Assembly: GCA_965232515.1 (NCBI GenBank)
Contig: CBDDPY010000002.1
Coordinates: forward strand, 1,376,001-1,440,000
DNA: 64,000 nt
Source of the DNA: Alphaproteobacteria bacterium
GTDB taxonomy: Bacteria > Pseudomonadota > Alphaproteobacteria > GCA-2731375
Reading direction: 5' to 3'
In this document: one piece after another, positions 32,910 to 47,407 of the stretch
Layout of the letters: the number at the start of each line of letters is the position of its first letter
Position numbering within the stretch: the first letter of the stretch is position 1
Notes under the pieces: generated by a model
Told to the model about the DNA's origin: nothing
Seen by the model: only the letters and a program-made list of their open reading frames with translations
Database searches by the model: none
Position numbers and translations under genes: made by a program

Positions 32910-34238
32910 TTACAGCATCATCGTCATCGGATCTTCGATCAGCTTCTTGAACGCCGCCATGTATTCGGCGCCCACGGCCCCATCGACCGAACGGTGATCG
33001 ACCGACAAGGTACAGGACATCACGGTGGCAATGCCGAGCGTGCCGTCCTTCACCACCGGCCGCTGCTCGCCAGCGCCGACGGCCAGGATGCAGCCCTGCG
33101 GTGTGTTGATCACGGCCTCGAACTGCTTGATGCCATACATGCCGAGGTTGGACACCGAGAACGTGCCGCCCTGAAACTCCTCCGGGCGCAGTTTGCCGTC
33201 GCGGGCCCGGCCGGCCAGCTCTTTCATCTCGGCTGAAATCGTCGACAGCCCCTTCTGCTCGGCCGACCGCACGATCGGCGTAATCAAACCGCCGTCGAGG
33301 GCGACGGCGACGGCGACGTCGGCCGTCTTGTAGTACTTGATGCCGTCACCGGCCCAGGAAGCGTTGGCGGCCGGCACCTTCATCAGCGCCAATGCCGCCG
33401 CCTTGATGACGAGATCGTTGACCGACAGCTTGAATTCGCCGTCGCCGCGCGCGTTCAGATCCTTGCGCAGCGCCAGCAGCGCGTCGATCTCGCAGTCGAC
33501 CGTCAGGTAGAAGTGCGGCGCCTGCTGCTTCGACTCGGTCATGCGGCGGGCGACGACCTTGCGCATGTTGTTGGCCGGCACGAACTCGAAATCCGGCTCG
33601 AAGGGTTGAGGTTCGCTGGTCGAAACCGCGGGCGCCGGGACCGGAGCCGCGGCGGGCGCGGCAGCCGGTGCCGGCAGCGACAGCGCCTTTTCGATATCCG
33701 CCTTGACGATGCGGCCATGTGGTCCCGAGCCGGTGACCGCGGTCAGATCAAGGCCGGCCTGGGCCGCCATGCGCCGGGCCAGGGGGCTCGCCTTGATGCG
33801 TTCGCCGGCAGCGTTGGTCGGCGCCGGGGGGGCGGCCTGCACCGCACCGCCGCCATTGGTTTTCGGCGGGGCCGACGCGGCGGGCGCGGTCGCCGGCGCT
33901 TCGGCGGCTGGTGCTGGAGCCGCTGCCGGGGCCTCGGCGGCAGCTGGCGCCGGGCCGCCGGCCGGCTGATAGCCGGAAAGCGCGCTCTCGTCCTCGTCCT
34001 CCTCCAGCACGATGGCGATGGCGGCGTTCACGGCCACGCCCTCGGTCCCTTCCGGCACCAGGATCTTGGCGACCTTGCCCTCGTCGACCGTCTCGACCTC
34101 CATGGTCGCTTTGTCGGTCTCGATCTCGGCGATGATGTCGCCGGAGCTGATGGTGTCGCCCTCGTTGACCAGCCACTTGGCCAGCGTGCCTTCCGTCATG
34201 GTCGGCGACAACGCCGGCATGGTGATGGTGATCGGCAT
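32910..34238 (-). CDS. pdhC: Pyruvate dehydrogenase E2
   Basis: Lipoyl domain ETDKAT, ASPLARR, DHRSVDG. Confidence 0.95.
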   Translation of the reverse strand: MPITITMPALSPTMTEGTLAKWLVNEGDTISSGDIIAEIETDKATMEVETVDEGKVAKILVPEGTEGVAVNAAIAIVLEEDEDESALSGYQPAGGPAPAAAEAPAAAPAPAAEAPATAPAASAPPKTNGGGAVQAAPPAPTNAAGERIKASPLARRMAAQAGLDLTAVTGSGPHGRIVKADIEKALSLPAPAAAPAAAPVPAPAVSTSEPQPFEPDFEFVPANNMRKVVARRMTESKQQAPHFYLTVDCEIDALLALRKDLNARGDGEFKLSVNDLVIKAAALALMKVPAANASWAGDGIKYYKTADVAVAVALDGGLITPIVRSAEQKGLSTISAEMKELAGRARDGKLRPEEFQGGTFSVSNLGMYGIKQFEAVINTPQGCILAVGAGEQRPVVKDGTLGIATVMSCTLSVDHRSVDGAVGAEYMAAFKKLIEDPMTMML

Positions 34239-34280
34239 GTCAGAGCCCCCGTCCGTTTCGTCCGTTCTTGTTGCCTGCGC

Positions 34281-35675
<1,395 letters not shown>

Positions 35676-35718
35676 TCTGTCTCCTCCCCCGAGGCGCCGT
35701 CCGCGCGCTGTCGCCGGT

Positions 35719-36735
35719 TCAGGCGTCCACCAGCACGTCGGTATAGAGCTCGGACGGATCCGGCTCCGGGCTGTTCTGCGCGAATTCCGCGGCCTCGGTC
35801 ACGCGGGCCTTGATGTCGCGATCGATATCCTTGAGCACGGCCTCGTCGACGCCACCGGCCTCGACGATCTTCTCGCGCAGACGATCGATCGGATCGCGTT
35901 CGGAGCGGACCTTCTGGACCTCTTCCTTGGTACGGTACTTGGCCGGATCGGACATGGAATGACCGCGATAGCGGTAGGTCTTCATTTCCAGGATCATCGG
36001 CCCGTTGCCGGCCCGGGCGTGGGCCACGGCCTCGTCGCCGGCCGCTCTCACGGCAACGACGTCCATGCCGTCGACCTGCATGCCGGGGATACCCAGGCTT
36101 TCGCCGCGACGGTGCATCTCGGTCTGGGCCGTGGCGCGGGCCACCGAGGTGCCCATGGCGTACTGGTTGTTCTCGATGATGTAGATCACCGGCAGGCGCC
36201 AGAGCGCCGCCATGTTGAAAGACTCATAGACCTGGCCCTGGTTGGCCGAGCCGTCGCCGAAATAGGTCAGGCTGACCCGGTCGGTCTCGTTGTACTTGTG
36301 GGCAAACGCGAGGCCGGTGCCGATCGGCACCTGGGCGCCGACGATGCCGTGACCGCCATAGAAATTCTTCTCGCGGCTGAACATGTGCATCGAGCCGCCC
36401 TTGCCCTTGGAGTAGCCGCCGCTGCGGCCGGTCAGCTCGGCCATGACGCCCTTCGGGTCCATGCCGCAGGCCAGCATGTGGCCGTGGTCGCGGTAGCTGG
36501 TGATGACGACGTCACCCTCGTCGATCGCCGCCTGCATGCCGACCACGACGGCTTCCTGGCCGATATAGAGGTGACAGAAGCCACCGATCAGGCCCATGCC
36601 GTACATTTGTCCCGCCTTCTCCTCGAAGCGGCGGATCAGCAACATGTCCTTGTAGTAGGTCAGGAGATCTTCGGCGGTTACATCAGCCGGTACGTCGGCT
36701 TCGTCGGTTCTGCGCTTGCGTCGGGTTTTTGGCAT
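35719..36735 (-). CDS. pdhA: Pyruvate dehydrogenase E1 alpha
   Basis: [29 protein letters not shown]. Confidence 0.97.
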   Translation of the reverse strand: MPKTRRKRRTDEADVPADVTAEDLLTYYKDMLLIRRFEEKAGQMYGMGLIGGFCHLYIGQEAVVVGMQAAIDEGDVVITSYRDHGHMLACGMDPKGVMAELTGRSGGYSKGKGGSMHMFSREKNFYGGHGIVGAQVPIGTGLAFAHKYNETDRVSLTYFGDGSANQGQVYESFNMAALWRLPVIYIIENNQYAMGTSVARATAQTEMHRRGESLGIPGMQVDGMDVVAVRAAGDEAVAHARAGNGPMILEMKTYRYRGHSMSDPAKYRTKEEVQKVRSERDPIDRLREKIVEAGGVDEAVLKDIDRDIKARVTEAAEFAQNSPEPDPSELYTDVLVDA

Positions 36736-37001
36736 CTGTCCTTCCTAGACTGCGCCGGCCACGGCGCCCGGCCGATCAGGCCACGACGCGGAGGCTCGGG
36801 GCCAGACGCCCGGCGAATGCGGGCGTCTGGCCCTGAAATTGGTCTACCCAAAGAATTATTAAAGGGTGAAAGTCGTTGTTCTACAACGGAATTCGCCGGA
36901 TTAACTTGTTTTCAGTTAATTCGCGCATTCGTGAACGAACGAACGGCCGTCGCAGCGGCGGCGCGTAAGCCGTTGAAACCTCAATCGCCGAGCGAACGCC
37001 G

Positions 37002-37313
37002 TCAGTCGAGATAGATGATCAGATCGTCGGGATGGGCGAGACCGAGCACGTCGCGGACCTGCTCGTCCAGCATATCGGGATCGACGTGATCGGGATGCAT
37101 CAGCGCGACCCGGCGTTCCAAACGCTCGCGCTCCGCCCTGACCTGCGCCGCCACGACCTCGACCTCCGCCAGCTCCGCCGCCAGACGGGCATGCGCCAGG
37201 ACGCCGCGCTCGCCCTGCACAGCATGATAGCCGAAATAGGCAATCACCAGCACGCAAAGCAATGGCGGCAGCGTCTGCCGCACCAGCCGGCGAATGTCGA
37301 ACCACGCATCCAT
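37002..37313 (-). CDS. ftsB: Septum formation initiator (FtsB/DivIC family)
   Basis: TM + GERG + coiled coil + DMLDEQVRDVLG; eno/pdhA synteny. Confidence 0.82.
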   Translation of the reverse strand: MDAWFDIRRLVRQTLPPLLCVLVIAYFGYHAVQGERGVLAHARLAAELAEVEVVAAQVRAERERLERRVALMHPDHVDPDMLDEQVRDVLGLAHPDDLIIYLD

Positions 37314-37425
37314 GCGGGGAGAGAATCACGCGCGAATCGCGGCGTCAAGGGCGAATGGTCCGAATTCTCAGCGGCTTACGCCGATTCGCTTGACCGCGAT
37401 ATCTGCTTAAAGCGAAATTCACGCC

Positions 37426-39371
<1,946 letters not shown>

Positions 39372-39411
39372 TTACCCGTTCCGGGGCTGATAGCGTTATC
39401 GGCTCCGACTG

Positions 39412-39972
39412 TCAAAGCGACCGAACGACCATCGCCACGACAAGGACCACGGCCAGGATCAGGAACAGCCGACGGCCGCCGCCAAGCCGGTCGACCATGG
39501 CCGCGATCGGGCCCTGCTTCCGCACCAGCCGGGCGTCGAGACGGCCCCGCGCGGCGGCGGCCATGGCCGCGGCGAACATCGCCTCCGCATGCGAACGGAC
39601 CTGGGTCAGCGCCTCCGGCGACGGCCGCAGGCCAAACTCGCCGGGCGGCGGGCGCTCGTATTCACGAGCCAGAATGCCAAAGATCTCGTCGAGGAAGCCA
39701 CGCACCTTGGCGCGGGCGGACGCTTCCAGACTGGCCGGGTCCCTGCCCTGCTCTTCGGCAATGTTCACGATCAGCTTGTTGACGTTGCCGAGGCAGGCAT
39801 CGATCGTCCGGCGCGCATAACCGAAGGTGTAGTGGTCGGGGCTGCGCTCGGCGCCCATCATCGACGGCGCGGCATCGGCCCGGGCCCGGTTGTGACTGGT
39901 ATGGAACTGGACGAGGTGCGCTTCGAGAAGCTCGTCGAGCAGGCGCTCGAAATCGCCGCCGTTGGCGGTCAT
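39412..39972 (-). CDS. Hypothetical protein with C-terminal TM anchor
   Basis: Fills the kdsA-eno gap, co-oriented, plausible composition, hydrophobic C-terminus. Confidence 0.6.
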   Translation of the reverse strand: MTANGGDFERLLDELLEAHLVQFHTSHNRARADAAPSMMGAERSPDHYTFGYARRTIDACLGNVNKLIVNIAEEQGRDPASLEASARAKVRGFLDEIFGILAREYERPPPGEFGLRPSPEALTQVRSHAEAMFAAAMAAAARGRLDARLVRKQGPIAAMVDRLGGGRRLFLILAVVLVVAMVVRSL

Positions 39973-39976
39973 GGGG

Positions 39977-40807
39977 TCAGCCGGCTTTCGTCAGCCGGTC
40001 GATGGCGACGAGGCGGGCGAGCAGATCCTCGATCTCGGACAATGGCACCATGTTGGGGCCATCCGACGGCGCGCTGTCAGGATCCTGGTGGGTCTCCATA
40101 AACACGGCGGCGACGCCGACCGCGACCGCGGCCCGCGCCAGCACCGGCACGAATTCGCGCTGACCGCCGCTGGTGGCGCCGCGGCCGCCCGGCTGCTGCA
40201 CGGAATGGGTGGCGTCGAACACGACCGGATAGCCGGTCTCGGCCAGGATCGGGAGCGCCCGCATGTCGGACACGAGCGTGTTGTAGCCGAAGCTGGCACC
40301 GCGTTCGGTTACCAGCACCCGGTCGTTGCCGGCGCCGGTGATCTTGGCGACGACGTTGGCCATGTCCCAGGGCGCCAGGAACTGGCCCTTCTTGACGTTG
40401 ACGGCCCGACCGGTCGCGGCCGCGGCCAGCAACAGATCGGTCTGCCGGCAAAGGAATGCCGGGATCTGCAGCACGTCGACGGCCTCGGCCACGGGCGCGC
40501 ACTGATCCGCCGCGTGCACGTCGGTCAGCACCGGACAGCCGACGGTCTCGCGCACCTCGGCGAAAATCGGCAGGGCCGCATCCATGCCGAGGCCGCGCGG
40601 GCTGTCGGACGAGGTCCTGTTGGCTTTGTCGTAGGAGGTCTTGTAGATCAGGCCGAGCCCCAGCCGGTCGGTGATCTCGGTCAGGGCGCCGGCCATCTCC
40701 AGCGCGTGCTGACGGCTTTCCATGGCGCAAGGACCGGCGATCAATGTCAACGGCAGGTCGTTACCGAAGCTGACATCGCCCACCTGAACCTGATGCTGTG
40801 CCGTCAT
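39977..40807 (-). CDS. kdsA: KDO8P synthase
   Basis: [32 protein letters not shown]. Confidence 0.96.
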   Translation of the reverse strand: MTAQHQVQVGDVSFGNDLPLTLIAGPCAMESRQHALEMAGALTEITDRLGLGLIYKTSYDKANRTSSDSPRGLGMDAALPIFAEVRETVGCPVLTDVHAADQCAPVAEAVDVLQIPAFLCRQTDLLLAAAATGRAVNVKKGQFLAPWDMANVVAKITGAGNDRVLVTERGASFGYNTLVSDMRALPILAETGYPVVFDATHSVQQPGGRGATSGGQREFVPVLARAAVAVGVAAVFMETHQDPDSAPSDGPNMVPLSEIEDLLARLVAIDRLTKAG

Positions 40808-40842
40808 TTCAAGCACTTACCTCGCGTGGCTGAGATCAATCG

Positions 40843-42477
<1,635 letters not shown>

Positions 42478-42564
42478 TTATTCTATACCGGGTTTGACGA
42501 TCGCAAAGACGAAACCACCCGACACTGTCGGGAAGCCCCAGATTTCAGCCATTTTTTTGGCCCG

Positions 42565-42894
42565 TCAGTCGGTAACGGGAACGGTCGGGTTCTGCGGATT
42601 TATCGGCTGATTCGCCAACGGCGCCGCCGGTGGCGCACCGTCGAGCACCGAGCGCTGCTCGCCGCCGCCGCCGGCAAGAATTGTCAGCAGGATACTGGTC
42701 GCCATGAAGCACGCCGCGAGCACCGCCGTCGCTCGCGTCAGCAGGTTGGACGCCGACCGGCCGGTCATCAGGCCGCCACCGGCCCCGCCGCTGCCGCCGA
42801 TACCCAGCGCCCCGCCCTCGCTGCGCTGCAGGAGCACAACGATCACGATGGCGATCGCCAGCAGCAGATGAATGACGATGACGACTTCCTGCAT
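42565..42894 (-). CDS. secG: Preprotein translocase subunit SecG
   Basis: VLLQRSEGG, NLLTRAT; tpiA-secG synteny. Confidence 0.93.
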   Translation of the reverse strand: MQEVVIVIHLLLAIAIVIVVLLQRSEGGALGIGGSGGAGGGLMTGRSASNLLTRATAVLAACFMATSILLTILAGGGGEQRSVLDGAPPAAPLANQPINPQNPTVPVTD

Positions 42895-43047
42895 GACCTG
42901 AAAACCAACCTTACGTCACAGCAAAAGCGCGCCGGCCGTCCGAACGACCCACACACGCCCTTGCCGAAGAGATAAGTGCGAACGGCCGCTTGTACACCAT
43001 CCAATCGGCGGATTCCAGGCGCGAGTGCGGCTTTTTTTGGCCTCCAT

Positions 43048-43809
43048 TCAGGCCTTTTCCCGGACGATCGGCCAGAAATCCTTTGCCGTCAAACTGGCCC
43101 CGCCGACCAGTGCGCCATCGACATTGGCCACGGCGAGCAGTTCGGCCGCATTGCCAGCCTTTACCGAGCCGCCATAGAGAAGCCGCATGCCCTGCCCGTC
43201 GGCCTTGAACCGGCGGACCAGACGCGAGCGGATCGAGGCATGCACGTCGGCCACGTCCTCCACTGTCGGGGTCAGGCCGGTGCCGATCGCCCAGACCGGC
43301 TCGTAGGCGACGACCGTATTCTTTGCCGTGGCGCCGACCGGCAATGAACCGCGCAACTGGGCGCCCACGACCTTCAACGTCTCGCGCCGCCGGCGCTGCG
43401 CCGCCGTCTCGCCCACACAGATAATGGCGGTCAGGCCGGCCCGGTACGCCGCCTCGGCCTTCGTCCGCACCAGCTTGTCCGTTTCGCCGTGATCGGCGCG
43501 GCGTTCCGAATGGCCGACAATGACATAACGACAGCCGGCATCGGCCAGCATCTCGGCGGCGATATCGCCTGTATGGGCGCCCGACGCCGACACATGACAA
43601 TCCTGGCCGCCGAGCGCGATACGACTGCCCTTCAAGACCTGCCGCAGCGTCGGCAGCAGCGGCGCCGGCGGACAGATCAGCACATCGCAGCGGAGCCGTT
43701 TAAGGCCGGCCACGCGCCTGGCGAGCGCCTTGGCCTCCCGCGTCGCGGGCCGGGCCAGGCCGTTCATCTTCCAGTTGCCGGCAATCAGCGGGCGTGGTTG
43801 TTGCGCCAT
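43048..43809 (-). CDS. tpiA: Triosephosphate isomerase
   Basis: [29 protein letters not shown]. Confidence 0.97.
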   Translation of the reverse strand: MAQQPRPLIAGNWKMNGLARPATREAKALARRVAGLKRLRCDVLICPPAPLLPTLRQVLKGSRIALGGQDCHVSASGAHTGDIAAEMLADAGCRYVIVGHSERRADHGETDKLVRTKAEAAYRAGLTAIICVGETAAQRRRRETLKVVGAQLRGSLPVGATAKNTVVAYEPVWAIGTGLTPTVEDVADVHASIRSRLVRRFKADGQGMRLLYGGSVKAGNAAELLAVANVDGALVGGASLTAKDFWPIVREKA

Positions 43810-43954
43810 GGATTTTTTCTCCCCGACAGCGACGCTTGGTTCGGGGGCGATCTAGCAGAAGCAGGCGGAACATGCCAGCCGACCGCAATGCGGCGCTCTC
43901 GACCGCGCGCGCCGCCGCCCCTAAACTCTGCCGAAATCAAGTGAGTGAGATGTG

Positions 43955-44524
43955 ATGACCGACGACCCGTTAGAGCGCTTTATCGCCGATTGCCGCAACT
44001 GCGCTGCAGGTCATGAAGAGGCGGCCGACTGTGTCGCCGCGATCGCGCCGAAGATGCTGGATCTGCTCGGCGGCGACAGGGCCTTTCTGAAGCCAGCCCA
44101 TTTCCGCAGCGATCCGGACCAGTATGCCCGGAACCTGATTTATGCCACCGACGACGGCGATATCTCGCTGTACGCCCTGGTCTGGCAGCCCGGCCAATGG
44201 ACGCCCGTTCATGACCATGGCTCGTGGGGCGTCGTCGGCGTCGTCGAGGGCGTGCTGGAAGAACGCAACGTGATCCGCGTCGACAACCACCACGATCGGG
44301 AAACCGGCATCGGCCTCGCTCGCGGCGGGGTGATCCTGCTGGGCGAAGGCACGGTGACGACCTTCGTGCCGAATCCGGACCATATTCACATGACGGGCGT
44401 GCCGGCCGAACGCAAGCGCGCGGTCAGCCTGCATCTCTATGGCCGCATGATGAGCAACTTCCACATCTACGACGTCGATGCCGGCACCCGCCGGCTGGTC
44501 GACGTCGCGCACAACGAAAGCTGA
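43955..44524 (+). CDS. Cysteine dioxygenase-family thiol dioxygenase (cupin)
   Basis: YARNL, WQPGQWTPVHDH, HIH, SLHLYG. Confidence 0.85.
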   Translation: MTDDPLERFIADCRNCAAGHEEAADCVAAIAPKMLDLLGGDRAFLKPAHFRSDPDQYARNLIYATDDGDISLYALVWQPGQWTPVHDHGSWGVVGVVEGVLEERNVIRVDNHHDRETGIGLARGGVILLGEGTVTTFVPNPDHIHMTGVPAERKRAVSLHLYGRMMSNFHIYDVDAGTRRLVDVAHNES

Positions 44525-44541
44525 CGTCCGACGAGGCCGAA

Positions 44542-45330
44542 ATGTGCCGCTGGCTCGCCTATTCCGGTCCACCGATCTTCCTCGACACGTTGATCTTCAA
44601 GCCCGAGAACTCGCTCGCGACCCAGAGCCTGACCGCGCAGGAGAGCGTCACCACCACGAATGGCGACGGCTTCGGAATCGGCTGGTACGGCGAGAAGCCC
44701 GAACCGGGCCAGTTCCGGGATATCCTGCCGGCCTGGAACGACTCAAACCTGCATGCGGTGTCGGAACAGATCGCCTCGAGGCTGTTCTTCGCGCATGTGC
44801 GGGCATCGACCGGCACGCCGACATCGCGGACCAACTGCCACCCGTTCCGTCACGGCCGGCATCTGTTCATGCACAACGGCCAGATCGGCGAGTTCGAACG
44901 TATCCGCCGGGAGCTGACGCTTCGGATCCGGCCCGAGCTTTTCAGGCACCTGCAGGGCACGACCGACAGCGAGCTGTTTTTTTTCCTGCTGCTGGGCCAT
45001 GGCCTGGACGACGACCCCGGCGCCGCATTCGCCCTCGGCGTCCGTGAGGTATTGGACGTGATGGCCAAGGCCGGCGTCACGGCGCCGTTCCGGATGACGG
45101 CGGCCGTCAGCGACGGCGAGAGCATTCACGCGCTGCGTTATGCCGACGACGACCGGGCGCCGACGCTCTATTACGGCAATACGGAAGGCCGGCAGAGCGG
45201 CGAATCCGTGCTGATCCTGTCCGAGCCGCTCGATCAGAAGACGGGCAGCTGGACGGCCCTGCCACAATCCCACATGCTGTCGGCAACAGACGGCAAGATC
45301 GTGGTCATGCCCTTTTCCCCGGCCGGCTGA
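44542..45330 (+). CDS. Class II glutamine amidotransferase-like Ntn hydrolase (EgtC/Dug3/YafJ family)
   Basis: MCRWLAY start, NGDGFGIGWY, AHVRAST, NCHPF, HNG, GTTDSE, SEPL. Confidence 0.88.
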   Translation: MCRWLAYSGPPIFLDTLIFKPENSLATQSLTAQESVTTTNGDGFGIGWYGEKPEPGQFRDILPAWNDSNLHAVSEQIASRLFFAHVRASTGTPTSRTNCHPFRHGRHLFMHNGQIGEFERIRRELTLRIRPELFRHLQGTTDSELFFFLLLGHGLDDDPGAAFALGVREVLDVMAKAGVTAPFRMTAAVSDGESIHALRYADDDRAPTLYYGNTEGRQSGESVLILSEPLDQKTGSWTALPQSHMLSATDGKIVVMPFSPAG

Positions 45331-45479
45331 ACCGACCGGAAGACCGCCGCCAGGGAACTTGCCGGCCCGTGGCCGCGTTTCTATGATGCCGGCCCGCGCG
45401 AACAGGCTCGTGGCTTGACATCGCGGAGAGGACCGCCGACCTCCTTGTCGGCGGCAAGAAACCTGGGAGCCATCGGCAC

Positions 45480-47399
45480 ATGCTGAACGCAATGCGCAGG
45501 GGCGTCGGAAGCTGGTTCGTCAAGGCGTTCCTCGGCGTTCTTATCCTCAGCTTCGCGGTTTGGGGGATCGGCGACATCTTCCGCGTCCAGCCCGATTCCG
45601 CCGTCGTCGAGGTCGGCGACATCGAGATCAGCGGTTCAGACTTCCTCACCGACTTCAACCGCAACATGCGGCGGCTGCAGACCAGTTTCGGCACAGGCAT
45701 CGACCGCGACCAGGCCCGAAGTCTCGGTCTCGTCGAGCAGACCTTGCAGCAGATGATCGGTCGGGCGCTTCTCGATCAGGCGGCCTATGAGCTCGACATG
45801 ACCGTCGACCGCAGTGTGATCGAGCAAGATATCCTGACCAATCCGGTGTTTCAGAACGAGTTCGGTCAGTATGACCCGTTCCGCTTCGAGCAGGCGATCC
45901 GCGAGAGCGGCTTCACCCGGGCCGGCTTCGTCGCCGCCAATCAGCGCGACATCGTCCGGCGGCAACTGTTCACGACGCTGACCGCCGGCATTCGTCCGCC
46001 GACCAGCATGGTGGACGCCTTCTATCGATACGATCAGGAGAAGCGTTCGCTGGCCGTGCTGACGATCGCCAACGACTCGATGACGGACATCGCCGCGCCC
46101 GACGATGGCGCGCTGGCCACCTATCACAGCGAGCACGCGTTGCAATTCACCGCGCCGGAATATCGCCGTCTGACCTTCGTCACGCTTTCGCCTGCGGACC
46201 TGGCCGACGAAATCGCCGTCAATGAAGCCGATATCCAAGAGGAATACGAAGACCGTATCGACAGCTACACCGTGCCGGAGCGCCGCGAAGTCGAGCAGAT
46301 CCTGATATCGGACGAAGACGCCGCCGCCGCCGCCGCCGACCGCCTGCGCCAGGGCGAGGATTTCTTTGCCGTGGCCCAAGACGCCGCCGGGCTCGACCAA
46401 GAGGCCGTCAAGCTGGGCGAGCTGATGCGTGTCGACCTGCCGGTGGAAACATCCGAAGCGGTGTTCGCATTGGCCGAAAATGCCGTCAGCGATCCGGTCC
46501 AGTCTCCGCTCGGCTGGCATCTGTTCCGCGTCACCAAGATCGCGGCGGGCGCAACCAAGCCCCTCGACGAGGTGCGTGAGGAGCTGACGCAACGGATCAA
46601 GCTGGACCGGGCCAGCGACGCCATCTTCGATCTGTCGAACAAGATCGACGACGCGCTGGCGGGCGGCGCCACCATCGAGGAAGTGGCGCAAAGCTTCAAC
46701 CTACCTCTCGGCCAGGTAGCCGCGACCGACGCCAACGGCCGGGGCCGCGACGATGAGCCACTGACCGCCTTGCCGCAGGTGCGGGAGTTCCTGCCGACCG
46801 CATTCGATACCAGCGAGGGCGAGGAACCGGTGCTCAATGAATCCGACGACGGCAGCTATTTCCTGCTGCGGGTCGACGGCATCACGCCGCCGGCGCTGCG
46901 ACCGTTGGACGAGGTGCGCGAGGACGTCATCGCGGCATGGCGCAGGGAAGCTCAAGCCGAGGCCGCGACCGCCAAGGCGGCCGAAGTGCTGGAGCGCGCG
47001 CGCGGCGGCGAGCGGCTGGAGACGCTTTCCATCGAACTCGGCTACCCGCTGAAAATCACCTCGGCCCTGACCCGCAACGCGCTGGGCGGCGATGCTGAAA
47101 TCGGCGCCGAACTGGTCGCCAAAGCATTCACCCTCGACATCGGCGGGGTCGCGGCCGGCGGCACGCGAGCCAATAACGGACAGGCGCTGGTCGAGCTGGT
47201 CGAGGTGAAGGCGGCCAATGCGTCGGACGACGAGGAAGCCCTCAATCAGATGCGGCAGTCGGTGCTGGCCAGCATCGCCGAGGATATCCTGGCACAATAC
47301 CAGGCGGCATTGCGGGACGCGTATCCGGTCGAGGTGAACCAGCGGGTGATCGACGCGATCTTCGATCAGCCGGCCTACCCGCAGCAGCACGCCTATTGA
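45480..47399 (+). CDS. ppiD: PpiD/SurA-N domain periplasmic chaperone
   Basis: N-terminal TM (SFAVWGIGD), PEYR, parvulin motif SDPVQSPLGWHL. Confidence 0.88.
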   Translation: MLNAMRRGVGSWFVKAFLGVLILSFAVWGIGDIFRVQPDSAVVEVGDIEISGSDFLTDFNRNMRRLQTSFGTGIDRDQARSLGLVEQTLQQMIGRALLDQAAYELDMTVDRSVIEQDILTNPVFQNEFGQYDPFRFEQAIRESGFTRAGFVAANQRDIVRRQLFTTLTAGIRPPTSMVDAFYRYDQEKRSLAVLTIANDSMTDIAAPDDGALATYHSEHALQFTAPEYRRLTFVTLSPADLADEIAVNEADIQEEYEDRIDSYTVPERREVEQILISDEDAAAAAADRLRQGEDFFAVAQDAAGLDQEAVKLGELMRVDLPVETSEAVFALAENAVSDPVQSPLGWHLFRVTKIAAGATKPLDEVREELTQRIKLDRASDAIFDLSNKIDDALAGGATIEEVAQSFNLPLGQVAATDANGRGRDDEPLTALPQVREFLPTAFDTSEGEEPVLNESDDGSYFLLRVDGITPPALRPLDEVREDVIAAWRREAQAEAATAKAAEVLERARGGERLETLSIELGYPLKITSALTRNALGGDAEIGAELVAKAFTLDIGGVAAGGTRANNGQALVELVEVKAANASDDEEALNQMRQSVLASIAEDILAQYQAALRDAYPVEVNQRVIDAIFDQPAYPQQHAY

Positions 47400-47407
47400 C
47401 TGGGGCG

